Shown: piece after piece, positions 10,720 to 20,226 of the stretch
How the letters are laid out: each line of letters opens with the position of its first letter
How positions within the stretch are numbered: position 1 is the first letter of the stretch
Assembly (NCBI GenBank): GCA_007120165.1
Contig: SKOH01000087.1
Coordinates: 1,167-65,166, forward strand
Origin: Clostridiales bacterium
GTDB lineage: Bacteria > Bacillota > Clostridia > Peptostreptococcales > T1SED10-28
Direction of reading: 5' to 3'
Length of the DNA stretch: 64,000 nt
The notes under the pieces: model-generated
Seen by the model: only the letters and a program-made list of their open reading frames with translations
Databases searched by the model: none
Told to the model about the DNA's origin: nothing
Translations under genes and position numbers: made by a program

Positions 10720-12039
10720 CTAGAGGATTAAGTACGCCACCGGCGCCGCAATCAATATGGTAAGGATCGTCCGCTCTATCCAGATAATGACCATTTCCGT
10801 GATGCTGATCGGAATTTCCGTGGCGACAATACAGGGAATGGAAGCAGAAAAGAACAATATGGAGGAAACGCAAACCACTCCAATCACATACTGGGTGATC
10901 AGCGGAGCCTCCACCACCATCAGTGCCGGCAGAAACATTTCCGCAATCCCCATGGAAGCCGCTTCCGCCGCCAATAAGGGCTCTGGAATTCTGGTCAGCA
11001 GGGTAAAGGGATAGAAGATGAAACCTACAAAACTGAATAGCGGCGTATACTCTGCCAGCAGCAGGCCTACGAGACCCACGGACATAATCGACGGCAGGAT
11101 ACTGAATACCATATAAAATCCATCGACAATATTTTCTTTGATGTTCTGTTGGAAGCTCTTGGAAAAATGTGCGGCTTTTAATCCTTCACTCCATGCATTT
11201 TTAAAAATATTGCCCTTCATTTTTACCTCCGGGTGGCCTTCCCCTTCAATATAGGTCTCTTTTTTCCGGTTCAGCGGCCATATCCGGATAACAATTGCGG
11301 TAACCAGAAAGGTAATCAGTAATGTGGACCAGAAGTACCGGTTCCACATATCCATCAGCCCTAAGGTATTGGCCACAATTACCATAAATGTGGCGGAAAC
11401 CGTGGAGAATCCGGTGGCAATAATTGAGGCTTCCTTTATCGTGTATTTTCCTTCTTTAAAGACCCGATTGGTAATCACAAGACCTAAGGAATAACTGCCT
11501 ACAAAAGAGGCTACCGCATCGATTGCCGACCGTCCCGGAGTTTTGAATATCGGACGCATGACCGGGCGCATGATGACCCCGATGAATTCCAGCAGTCCGT
11601 AGCCTACCAGAAAAGCCAGAAAAACCGATCCGATGGGCACAATCAGACCCACAGGAATGACCAGGGCGTTGTATAAAAATGGACCGATGGAGGGGGCTAA
11701 AATCCACTCCGGTCCGAAATTCAAGTACACCATAAAAGCCACCAGGACCCCTAAAATTTTAAATCCGGAAAAGACCCGGTCCACAGTGGAGTTGTTCCAG
11801 GTTTTCTTGACAAAGGGGATCACAGCCCCGATTACGATTACAATCAATGCATAAAGCCGGGCAAAGGCCGCCCCATTATTTCGAATCCAGGAGACGATAT
11901 GATCCAGCGGAATCGTTCGGGTCCCCGCGATCTCCAACGGAACAAAAAACATAAAAAACCCGATAAAGCTGAACAGTACCAATTTAAGGGCATTTTTATT
12001 ATTATGGAAATTCTGCTGATTGATCTTTTTTTCTGACAT
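10720..12039 (-). CDS. YjiH-family (nucleoside-recognition gate domain) membrane transporter
   Basis: Polytopic protein with PGRSAIDAVASFVGSYSLG, IATGFSTVS and GIAEMFLPA motifs. Confidence 0.75.
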   Translation of the reverse strand: MSEKKINQQNFHNNKNALKLVLFSFIGFFMFFVPLEIAGTRTIPLDHIVSWIRNNGAAFARLYALIVIVIGAVIPFVKKTWNNSTVDRVFSGFKILGVLVAFMVYLNFGPEWILAPSIGPFLYNALVIPVGLIVPIGSVFLAFLVGYGLLEFIGVIMRPVMRPIFKTPGRSAIDAVASFVGSYSLGLVITNRVFKEGKYTIKEASIIATGFSTVSATFMVIVANTLGLMDMWNRYFWSTLLITFLVTAIVIRIWPLNRKKETYIEGEGHPEVKMKGNIFKNAWSEGLKAAHFSKSFQQNIKENIVDGFYMVFSILPSIMSVGLVGLLLAEYTPLFSFVGFIFYPFTLLTRIPEPLLAAEAASMGIAEMFLPALMVVEAPLITQYVIGVVCVSSILFFSASIPCIVATEIPISITEMVIIWIERTILTILIAAPVAYLIL

Positions 12040-12109
12040 AACCTTTCCTCCTTTAATATACCTTTGCTGTTGTCAACCCTCATTCTTTCTATCAAAAGTA
12101 TTGTAAATA

Positions 12110-12139
12110 AAAACCCCAAGCATCGGGCCTTGGGGTTTT
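12110..12139 (-). terminator. Intrinsic terminator after the YuiF-like gene
   Basis: AAAACCCCAAG-N8-CTTGGGGTTTT. Confidence 0.7.
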
Positions 12140-12185
12140 CTAAGAAGCTGCTTTTTTTACCTTCTCCCTAGGAATGTATCCGCTA

Positions 12186-13502
12186 TTATAAAAGCATCGC
12201 ACCGATAATTCCGAAAATCATAATCGGAATATTAAAGTGAATAAAAGTCGGCACGCAGGTATCCCAGATGTGGTCGTGCTGTCCATCCACACTGAGACCC
12301 GCTGTAGGTCCAAGAGTACTGTCCGAGGCCGGTGAACCGGCATCTCCAAGCGCTGCTGCGGAACCGATCAACAGGACCGTTGCCATCGGACTGAATCCAA
12401 GTTCTGCCGCAAGGGGTACGTATATGGCTGCAATAATCGGAATGGTTCCAAAGGAAGTCCCGATACCCATCGTGATCAACAGACCAATCGTAATCATTCC
12501 TGTCGCGGCAATCAGCTGATTATTTCCAATTACCCCGCTTACAGAATCGACTAAGGTCTCTACCCCGCCGGTTGCCCGTATCACATCACCGTATCCGGAA
12601 GCTACAAGCATTACGAAGGCGATAAAGCCCATCATGCCGATCCCGCTTTTAATCATGTCGTCGATACCGGTCCATTTAATCGCGCCGCCGACTAACATAA
12701 TTGCAAGGCCCAGGATAGCCCCCAGTGCTAAGGAACCTACCGTTAACTGAACCACTAAGGCCGCTAAAGCTCCGATCACCGTGATGGCGTGATTTTTGTT
12801 AAACTTCACATCCTCCACTGCCTGCTCCTGAAGACCAAACTCTGTTCCGGTCTCTTCAGCGGGTAAGTATTCTCTTGGTTTTCGATAAGTAAAAAGAATT
12901 GCAATAAACAGACCTACCACCATGGCCAGTCCGGGAATCCACATTACGTGCCAGATTTCGCCTTCAACCAGTTCCAATCCGCTGGCTGCCATTTCATCTC
13001 GAATAATACCGTGAAAGATCAGACCAAAACCTACCGGCAGAGCGACATAGGGTGCTTTCAGACCAAAAGTCAAGGCGGAAGCCACGGCTCTTCGATCAAT
13101 TTTTAATTTGTTCATCACCATAATCAATGGAGGAATCAGAATTGGAATAAATGCAATGTGTACCGGAATTAAATTTTGTGAAAAAATACTGATGAATGCA
13201 ATAATAAAAACTAAGGATTTTCCACTACCGGTCATGCTTTTTGATAGTTTCTGGGTAATAATCGTGGCTGCTCCGGTTTTGTGAATCGCTGCAGCCAGAG
13301 CCCCAAGTAAAATGTAGTTCAACGCCGTACTGGCGTTACCTCCCATACCGCCAATCAGGGTATCCATGGTTTCCATTAAGGGCATATTTGCCACAAGACC
13401 CCCAACCACGGCGGCGATGATCAATGCAAGCAATACGTTAAGTTTCAATAAGGATAATGCCACCATTACAATAACTGATATTACAACGGGATTCGTTAAC
13501 AT
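12186..13502 (-). CDS. YuiF-like (Na+/H+ antiporter NhaC-superfamily) amino-acid permease; probable histidine transporter
   Basis: MLTNPVVISV..., FGLKAPYVALPVGFG, GIGTSFGTIP, GDAGSPASDSTLGPTAGL, HDHIWDTCVPTF. Lies directly downstream of hutH. Confidence 0.75.
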   Translation of the reverse strand: MLTNPVVISVIVMVALSLLKLNVLLALIIAAVVGGLVANMPLMETMDTLIGGMGGNASTALNYILLGALAAAIHKTGAATIITQKLSKSMTGSGKSLVFIIAFISIFSQNLIPVHIAFIPILIPPLIMVMNKLKIDRRAVASALTFGLKAPYVALPVGFGLIFHGIIRDEMAASGLELVEGEIWHVMWIPGLAMVVGLFIAILFTYRKPREYLPAEETGTEFGLQEQAVEDVKFNKNHAITVIGALAALVVQLTVGSLALGAILGLAIMLVGGAIKWTGIDDMIKSGIGMMGFIAFVMLVASGYGDVIRATGGVETLVDSVSGVIGNNQLIAATGMITIGLLITMGIGTSFGTIPIIAAIYVPLAAELGFSPMATVLLIGSAAALGDAGSPASDSTLGPTAGLSVDGQHDHIWDTCVPTFIHFNIPIMIFGIIGAMLL

Positions 13503-13665
13503 GTTCTCACTCCTTTAGTTGAATTTTTTTGAATATTATTACTTAAGTAAATATTATATTAACATAACGTCTCCATTTCGTCTATAAAATAAAAAAACTA
13601 CCGGCAACAAGGCCGGAAGTTTCTTATATTATTGTCCTGTGCTGTTGTCTGCAATAATCTTTTTT

Positions 13666-15189
13666 CTAAATACTTAAGGCTCCAATGGATTTTTCCACTG
13701 CCTGCAGAATTTTTTCATTATCAATCAGCTCCGAGGCGATATTGATATCTTTGTATAGAATCCGGTCTTCCTTAAGAGGGGTCAGTACCTCCCGGATGGT
13801 ATTATAGGCCGGTTCAGTTCCAAGGCCCAATTCCTTATGTTCATGAAACTCAATACCCTGGGCTGCTGCCATCAGTTCAATTCCCAAAACTCTGGAACTG
13901 TTAAAGACAATATCTCTGGCTTTTCTTGCAGCAATGGTTCCCATACTGACGTGATCCTCTTGATTTGCCGATGAAGGAATGGAATCCACACTGGCGGGAT
14001 GGGCAAGCACCTTATTCTCTGATACCAGAGCCGCCGCCGAGTACTGTGCGATCATAAATCCGGAGTGCAGTCCTCCTTTTTCCGTCAGGAAGGCGGGAAG
14101 TCCGCTAAGTTGAGGATTCACCAGCCGTTCGATTCTTCTTTCCGAAGCGTTGGCCACCTCTGCCATGGCAATCCCCAGGTAATCAAAGGTCAACGCCATG
14201 GGCTGACCGTGAAAGTTTCCGCCGGAAATCACGTGGTCTTCTTCGGTAAAAATTACCGGATTATCGGTTACGGAGTTCATTTCAATTTCCACTTTTTCCA
14301 GCACATATCGAAGGGTGTCCTTTGTAGCCCCGTGAATTTGAGGAATGCAACGAAGACTGTAAGCATCCTGCACCCGTATTTCTCCCTGTCTGGTGGTAAG
14401 TTTGCTGCTGTCCAGCAGCCGTCTTAAGTTGGACGCGGTATTAATTTGTCCCTTGTGGGGTCTGACCTCATGCAGCTTCGGGTCAAAGGCGTCAGTGATC
14501 CCGTTTAGGGCTTCAATACTGAGGGCCGAGGAGATATCCGACATCTTCGCCAACACAATGGCTTTATGAAGGGTCAGGGCACCAACCGAAGTCATCGCCT
14601 GGGTGCCGTTAATCAGACCCAATCCTTCTTTAGAAGTCAGCGTAATGGTTTCAATGCCGGCCTGGTCCATGGCCTCTTTCCCGGTCATTCTTTTACCTTG
14701 ATAGACGGCTTCCCCTTCGCCGATCATAACCAGTACCATATGGGAAAGGGGAGCTAAGTCTCCACTGGCTCCGAGAGACCCTTTTTCAGGAATAATCGGA
14801 TGCACCCCTTCATTTAACATATTAATTAAGGTTTCTATCGTCTTAATCCGAACACCGGAATACCCTTTTGCCAGAGCATTGGCCCGCAGCAGCATAATCC
14901 CCCGGGATTCCTCCTCGGAAAAAGGATTTCCCACGCCGCAGGCATGACTGATGATTAAGTTCCGCTGCAGATCTTCGGTTTCTTCCTTGGAAATTGCCAC
15001 ATCACTGAATTTACCAAAACCCGTGGTGATTCCATAAGCCACCCGCTCTTCATTTACATAACGCTCTACCAAGTCCCGGGATTCCTGGATTTTCTCTTTT
15101 GCCTCTTCCGCCAGGGAGACCTTCTGCTGATGCACTGCAATATCAACAAAACCTTGTAAATTTAATGAGTTACCGTCTAGTTTAATCAT
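13666..15189 (-). CDS. hutH: Histidine ammonia-lyase
   Basis: YGITTGFG; MIO-forming GSLGASGDLAPL; RVQDAYSLRC; SGGNFHGQP; SANQEDHVSMG. Start moved to ATG 15189 behind AGGAGG. Confidence 0.97.
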   Translation of the reverse strand: MIKLDGNSLNLQGFVDIAVHQQKVSLAEEAKEKIQESRDLVERYVNEERVAYGITTGFGKFSDVAISKEETEDLQRNLIISHACGVGNPFSEEESRGIMLLRANALAKGYSGVRIKTIETLINMLNEGVHPIIPEKGSLGASGDLAPLSHMVLVMIGEGEAVYQGKRMTGKEAMDQAGIETITLTSKEGLGLINGTQAMTSVGALTLHKAIVLAKMSDISSALSIEALNGITDAFDPKLHEVRPHKGQINTASNLRRLLDSSKLTTRQGEIRVQDAYSLRCIPQIHGATKDTLRYVLEKVEIEMNSVTDNPVIFTEEDHVISGGNFHGQPMALTFDYLGIAMAEVANASERRIERLVNPQLSGLPAFLTEKGGLHSGFMIAQYSAAALVSENKVLAHPASVDSIPSSANQEDHVSMGTIAARKARDIVFNSSRVLGIELMAAAQGIEFHEHKELGLGTEPAYNTIREVLTPLKEDRILYKDINIASELIDNEKILQAVEKSIGALSI

Positions 15190-15228
15190 TATTATAAACC
15201 TCCTAATCAACTGTTTAATTATATCCTA

Positions 15229-18200
15229 TTAATCCTCCGTCGCTAAACCGTCTAATCTTCGTAAAATATCAATCTCGTAGCAGCCATGGATTTTCTCCAG
15301 ATTTTCAATTCCCTTCCTGCAGTACCATGAAAGAGTTTGGGGCAACAGCTCCTGAAGGGATTCTGGAACCTGTTTTCGCTCCGTCATTTCCCGCTTAATG
15401 GCACTTTTGATACGATAGATGATCCCCCATTCGTAGGGACTTTTAATTTTATCACTGTATTTTACACCCCGGCTTAAACAGTCCTGGGCTTTATAATAAT
15501 CTCCCTCCCGAAAATATATAAGGGCCATAAAGCCTTCCGCCGTGGATCTACCCCAGACCACATCATACTTTCCGTATAGGCGCAGTCCTTCCTTTAAATA
15601 CCCCTTGGCCCGGATAAAATCCCCCCCGTCGAAGGCTGCCTGACCGGCTTTCGTATAAAACATATTCAGGCTGCGGGTGATATTATGATCATTGCATATT
15701 TTAATGGCTTGATCATAATACTTTAAGCCTTCAAAGAATTTCATCTGGGATCTTCGAACTTCCCCTAAATAATTGTAGCCCGCGGCAATATTGAGTACAT
15801 ACTTCTCCCTGGATTTAGAGATCTGACTAAACAGCCGAATGGAGTGGCGCAGGGTCTCATCCGCCTGGTCGTAGGCGCCGGTCATCAAGTAGTAGACCCC
15901 CTGCAGCCGGTAAAAAACCGCTTCTTCCTTAGGGTAATCAATGATCTTTAACAATTCCATGCCCTGCTCGATATTTTTTCTGACCGCATCGATGTCATGA
16001 ATCTGTATACCATGATAAATTCGCTGTTTATAGCCCTTAACCGCATTTCGGTAATCCTTATGCTCCAGGGCCACTTGAATCATCCGGTCAATATGATCCA
16101 GCCCGGATTTATAGGACCCTTCCCAAATCAGGTACCTCCCTTTGATGTAGTGAAAATACATCTCTTCTTCCGCAAAGTCCCGATTGCGGGAATTACTTTT
16201 CTTTCCCTTATTCAGGTAATATTCAATATCCTTCATCGCTTTGGTCATTTGTCTTTTGGACAGATTAAACTGGCTGAGATCCTCTCCGGTATGCTGATCG
16301 AGTACCGGAAACAGCTCATGGGTGAAATCCACATGCTGATTCAGATTTTTAATGCTGTACTGCAGGGTTTTTTCATAATCCTTCGCCCGGGAAAAATGAT
16401 AAATCAGCTTGGAATACAACAGTCGATCTCGGTTCCCCTGATTCAGCTGTTCCTCCAAGATATCTGCAATACGGGTGTGAAGAATTTTCCGCTTTCCTTT
16501 GCTTTGTCTGAGATAACAGTATTCCCGCAGCTTTTGATGAGTGAAGCGGTACTGGATTTCCTCCCCGTCTTCATCCTCTTCAAGAATTCCTTCCTTGGCC
16601 AGAGCCTCCAGATGGTTGATCAGCTCCAATTCATCCCATCCGGTTAATGCTTTCAATCCTTCAAAGTGGACCTTATCAAAAAATATCGAGGCCATATCTG
16701 CAATCTCCTCTTCTTTTTTCGATAAACTCCTAAAACGGGTTTTCAGCAGATCCTCGATTTTCGGGGTGAAACCGGAAAAATCCCCCTGATTTAACAGCGC
16801 ATGAAGGTATTCCACAATGAAAAAAGGATTCCCTTCGGTTTCATGGTAAATTTCCTTTGTTACACTCCCGGGAGGTCCGACTTCCTTTGTTGCCCCCTCC
16901 TGCTGGTTGGCCTTCTTATAATAAGCCTGATAGCTTTTCATAAAGGCCAGGGTCTCTTCTTTGGTAAAGCGTTCCAGCTGAATCCTTTCCAACCGGTTTT
17001 CTTTACTTAGCTCCGAGAGGAAAAATTTCATATCTCGATTTTCCCCGAGCCGTAAGGTTCCCATCAGCTGCAGTTTTGGGGAATGGATTTTGACCAGCAG
17101 ATTTTCCAGCAGGCGCAGACTTTTTTCATCCATCCACTGCAGATCTTCAAAAACCAGTAAAATTTCCCGATTGCGAAGGACCCGGAGGAAAATTTCCACA
17201 ATCGCTTCTTCCAGCAGCTGGTCCTGGACTTTTCCTTTTCCGAAAAAGTGGTCTTCAGGCTTATCCTCACCGGGGACAAAGTGGGGAAATACCCCGGCAA
17301 TGATACTGCTCCAGGGCTCCGGCAAATATATATCTTCTTTTCTGATTATCGGTATCAGTTTTGAAACGATGGCGTTCCAAGGCTTGAGAATATAATCTTC
17401 CTCTGCAGCGTAGCAATTGGAAGAAAGGAGGGTTTTATTTTTCCATAGGGAATCCCTCAGGATTTCATCCTTTAAACTGGTTTTTCCAATGCCCGCTTCT
17501 CCCAGAATAATCAAGGCGCTCTTCCCTTTCTGGTCACCGGAATCCTCAATAAATGATTTTCCTATGTCCAGCTCTCTGCTCCGTCCGAAGAAAAGACTTT
17601 TTTCTTCCTTTCCCTCCCGGGGTTTTTCTTTATTTTCTCTTTGTTGAATTTCCTGATAAATCCGCTGGGTTTTCTCATCGGGGGTAATGCCCATCTCTTC
17701 AAGCAAACACGCCTCGAGTTTCTGATAAACCTCTAAGGCCTTGGAACTGAGCCCCAGGGCCTGGTATACTTCCATCAGTTTTCGATAACCCCGCTCATCA
17801 AACTCATCTTCCCGGATCACTTTTTTGCATTCTTTCTCCCCCTGTATGAAGTTTCCGTTGTTGATTGCCTGATCGATCTTCTCAAAGGATTTCTCAATGT
17901 AAAGGTTCCGGTAGAAGTTTCGAAGCTCTTCCACCCATTGGGCAAATCCCTCTTCCCCTTTAATATAAAAACCCTTTAAAAACTCGCCCTGATACAGTTC
18001 CAATATATTATCGGGATCTGATTGAATCCTCTGGATATCGCTCTCCACCGGCAGTTCCTTATTCATCATCACCATGGATTTTTTAGGGGAGTGGACAATC
18101 TCCAAGCCAAAAGCTTTCCGGGTTTTATACATGGCGTTTCTGAGATTCTTCTTGGCCACCTCTTCACTGCTTTCCCCCCAAAAAAGATTGACCAGTTCTT

Positions 18201-18330
18201 CCCGGGTGCCCTGGTTTTGTACAATTAAATAATAAAAAAGGGCTTCCGCCTTTCGGTAGGGAAAGAAGAGTTTTTCTCCATTTTTATATACTCCGGGAGT
18301 TCCGAATAAGTTGACTGTAATTTTATCCAT
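15229..18330 (-). CDS. Large transcriptional regulator: wHTH + BTAD + STAND (AAA_16) NTPase + TPR-like C-terminus (AfsR/MalT-like architecture)
   Basis: N-terminal YRKAEALFYYL...REELVNLFW...KKNLRNAMYKTRK; BTAD-like DEFDERGYRKLM; Walker A GEAGIGKT; Walker B LLVFEDLQWMD; TEGNPFFIVE; helical repeats. GAGGAG RBS before ATG 18330. Confidence 0.85.
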   Translation of the reverse strand: MDKITVNLFGTPGVYKNGEKLFFPYRKAEALFYYLIVQNQGTREELVNLFWGESSEEVAKKNLRNAMYKTRKAFGLEIVHSPKKSMVMMNKELPVESDIQRIQSDPDNILELYQGEFLKGFYIKGEEGFAQWVEELRNFYRNLYIEKSFEKIDQAINNGNFIQGEKECKKVIREDEFDERGYRKLMEVYQALGLSSKALEVYQKLEACLLEEMGITPDEKTQRIYQEIQQRENKEKPREGKEEKSLFFGRSRELDIGKSFIEDSGDQKGKSALIILGEAGIGKTSLKDEILRDSLWKNKTLLSSNCYAAEEDYILKPWNAIVSKLIPIIRKEDIYLPEPWSSIIAGVFPHFVPGEDKPEDHFFGKGKVQDQLLEEAIVEIFLRVLRNREILLVFEDLQWMDEKSLRLLENLLVKIHSPKLQLMGTLRLGENRDMKFFLSELSKENRLERIQLERFTKEETLAFMKSYQAYYKKANQQEGATKEVGPPGSVTKEIYHETEGNPFFIVEYLHALLNQGDFSGFTPKIEDLLKTRFRSLSKKEEEIADMASIFFDKVHFEGLKALTGWDELELINHLEALAKEGILEEDEDGEEIQYRFTHQKLREYCYLRQSKGKRKILHTRIADILEEQLNQGNRDRLLYSKLIYHFSRAKDYEKTLQYSIKNLNQHVDFTHELFPVLDQHTGEDLSQFNLSKRQMTKAMKDIEYYLNKGKKSNSRNRDFAEEEMYFHYIKGRYLIWEGSYKSGLDHIDRMIQVALEHKDYRNAVKGYKQRIYHGIQIHDIDAVRKNIEQGMELLKIIDYPKEEAVFYRLQGVYYLMTGAYDQADETLRHSIRLFSQISKSREKYVLNIAAGYNYLGEVRRSQMKFFEGLKYYDQAIKICNDHNITRSLNMFYTKAGQAAFDGGDFIRAKGYLKEGLRLYGKYDVVWGRSTAEGFMALIYFREGDYYKAQDCLSRGVKYSDKIKSPYEWGIIYRIKSAIKREMTERKQVPESLQELLPQTLSWYCRKGIENLEKIHGCYEIDILRRLDGLATED

Positions 18331-18431
18331 ACACGCACTCCCTCTCTTCACCTTCATTTCACCAGTTAACATTCTTTTTTACCGGTTCTTTTGCGCAAGT
18401 CTTAAGTTCTTATCAAATGATCTACTTTATC

Positions 18432-18460
18432 ATTATATCTCATTCTAATTCTTCCGTAAA
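18432..18460 (-). promoter_or_regulatory. sigmaA-type promoter for the regulator-hutH unit
   Basis: Minus strand reads TTTACG-17 bp-TATAAT. Confidence 0.55.
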
Positions 18461-18462
18461 AC

Positions 18463-18494
18463 AAAAAAATCGGAGCAGATTTTCTACTCCGATT
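18463..18494 (-). terminator. Intrinsic terminator after pruA
   Basis: AAATCGGAG-N10-CTCCGATTT followed by a U tract on the minus strand. Confidence 0.7.
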
Positions 18495-18519
18495 TAAACT
18501 GTGAATTTTTCACTGTAAT

Positions 18520-20151
18520 TTATTCTTCCTCCATGAAGGGATAACGGTAATCCGTCGCAGCGATATACGTCTCTTTTATTGCTCTTGGAGACATCCAGCG
18601 CTGCATATTGAACTTGCTTCCCGCTTTGTCATTGGTGCCGGATCCCCGGGCACCCCCAAAGGGCTGCTGATTTACCACAGAGCCCGTGGGCTTGTCATTA
18701 ATATAAAAATTTCCTGCTGCCTGTTTTAAAATTTCCTGGGCCTGCATCACGGCCTTCTGGTCTTTAGCGAAAATACTTCCGGTAAGGGCGTAAGGGGTAG
18801 CCTCGTCGCACTCCCGAAGAATTTCCTCAAATTTTTCATCCTCGTATACATAAATGGTGATTACCGGACCGAATATTTCCTCCACCATGGTTTTAAAACG
18901 GGGATTGGCGGTTTCAATAATCGTAGGATCCACAAAGAATCCCTTCGTGTCGTCATAGGTTCCCCCCAGAAGTATTGCGGCTTCATCGGAGTTCCTGGCG
19001 TCTTCGATATAGGAAACTATCCGGTCATAGGCGTCCCGATCAATAACGGGATTGATAAAGTTTCGAAAATCCTCCGTGGAACCCACCTTCAGTTCCTTTG
19101 TTAACTTGATAAACTCCTCTTTGAGATCCCCCCATAAACTTTTGGGAATATAGGCTCTTGAGGCGGCGGAACACTTCTGTCCCTGATATTCAAACGCTCC
19201 TCGAACCAGGGCCGTGGGTATCGGTTTAATATCCGCTGAAGGGTGTACCACGACAAAATCCTTTCCTCCGGTTTCCCCGACAATCCGGGGATAATTCCGG
19301 TATCCGGCGATGTTTTTACCGACGGTCTCCCACATATACTGGAAGGTTTTGGTGGACCCGGTAAAATGGATCCCCGCTAAATCCCTATGGGGCAGAATTT
19401 TCTCTCCGATTTCCGCTCCGGAGCCCGGTAAAAAGTTAATGACCCCTTTGGGAAGTCCTGCTTCTTCCAGGATTTTCATAAACAGATACGCGGAGTACAC
19501 CGCCGATGAAGCCGGCTTCCATATTACCGTATTCCCCACCATGGCCGGAGCCGTGGGCAGGTTCCCGGCGATGGCCGTAAAGTTAAAGGGGGTCACCGCA
19601 AATACAAATCCGTCCAGGGGCCGGTACTCCATACGGTTCCAGGTGTTATCCGGGGAATAGGGCTGTTCTTTCATAATCTCCGACATAAAATACACATTGA
19701 AGCGTAAAAAGTCAATCAGTTCGCAGGCCGCATCAATTTCCGCCTGGTGAATATTTTTTCCCTGTCCCAGCATGGTAGCGGCGTTAATTGTTGCCCGGTA
19801 GGGACCGGCAATTAAATCCGCTGCTTTTAAAAATATGGCCGCCCGCTCTTCCCAGGGCATATCAGCCCATTTATCCTTCGCCTCCAGGGAAGCCTCAATG
19901 GCTTTTTCAACTTCCTTGGGGCCGGCCTGATGATACTTTGCCAGCAAAAGGTTATGGTCTTCGGGTGAAGTTCTCTTTTCCATATTTCCGGTTCTGATTT
20001 CTTCTCCGCCGATTATCAGAGGAATTTCGGTAACTTCCTTTTTTAATTCCTTTAGTTTTTCCTTGACTTCCTTTTTCTCCGGACTATCCTTCCGGTAGGT
20101 GAGTGTTGGTTCATTTTCAGGTTTTTCGATTTTAAAATAGGCATTCGACAT
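18520..20151 (-). CDS. pruA: L-glutamate gamma-semialdehyde (P5C) dehydrogenase
   Basis: ALDH fold: QAEIDAACELIDFLRFN, PFNFTAIAGNL, HFTGST, GETGGKDF, catalytic FEYQGQKCSA, EEIFGPV, NDKPTGSVVNQQPFGG. Confidence 0.93.
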   Translation of the reverse strand: MSNAYFKIEKPENEPTLTYRKDSPEKKEVKEKLKELKKEVTEIPLIIGGEEIRTGNMEKRTSPEDHNLLLAKYHQAGPKEVEKAIEASLEAKDKWADMPWEERAAIFLKAADLIAGPYRATINAATMLGQGKNIHQAEIDAACELIDFLRFNVYFMSEIMKEQPYSPDNTWNRMEYRPLDGFVFAVTPFNFTAIAGNLPTAPAMVGNTVIWKPASSAVYSAYLFMKILEEAGLPKGVINFLPGSGAEIGEKILPHRDLAGIHFTGSTKTFQYMWETVGKNIAGYRNYPRIVGETGGKDFVVVHPSADIKPIPTALVRGAFEYQGQKCSAASRAYIPKSLWGDLKEEFIKLTKELKVGSTEDFRNFINPVIDRDAYDRIVSYIEDARNSDEAAILLGGTYDDTKGFFVDPTIIETANPRFKTMVEEIFGPVITIYVYEDEKFEEILRECDEATPYALTGSIFAKDQKAVMQAQEILKQAAGNFYINDKPTGSVVNQQPFGGARGSGTNDKAGSKFNMQRWMSPRAIKETYIAATDYRYPFMEEE

Positions 20152-20226
20152 ACATAACAACCTCCTTGTGATTCATGTTTATCCTCTAATGATATATTTA
20201 CCCAGGAGATTCTTATTTCAAACGTA

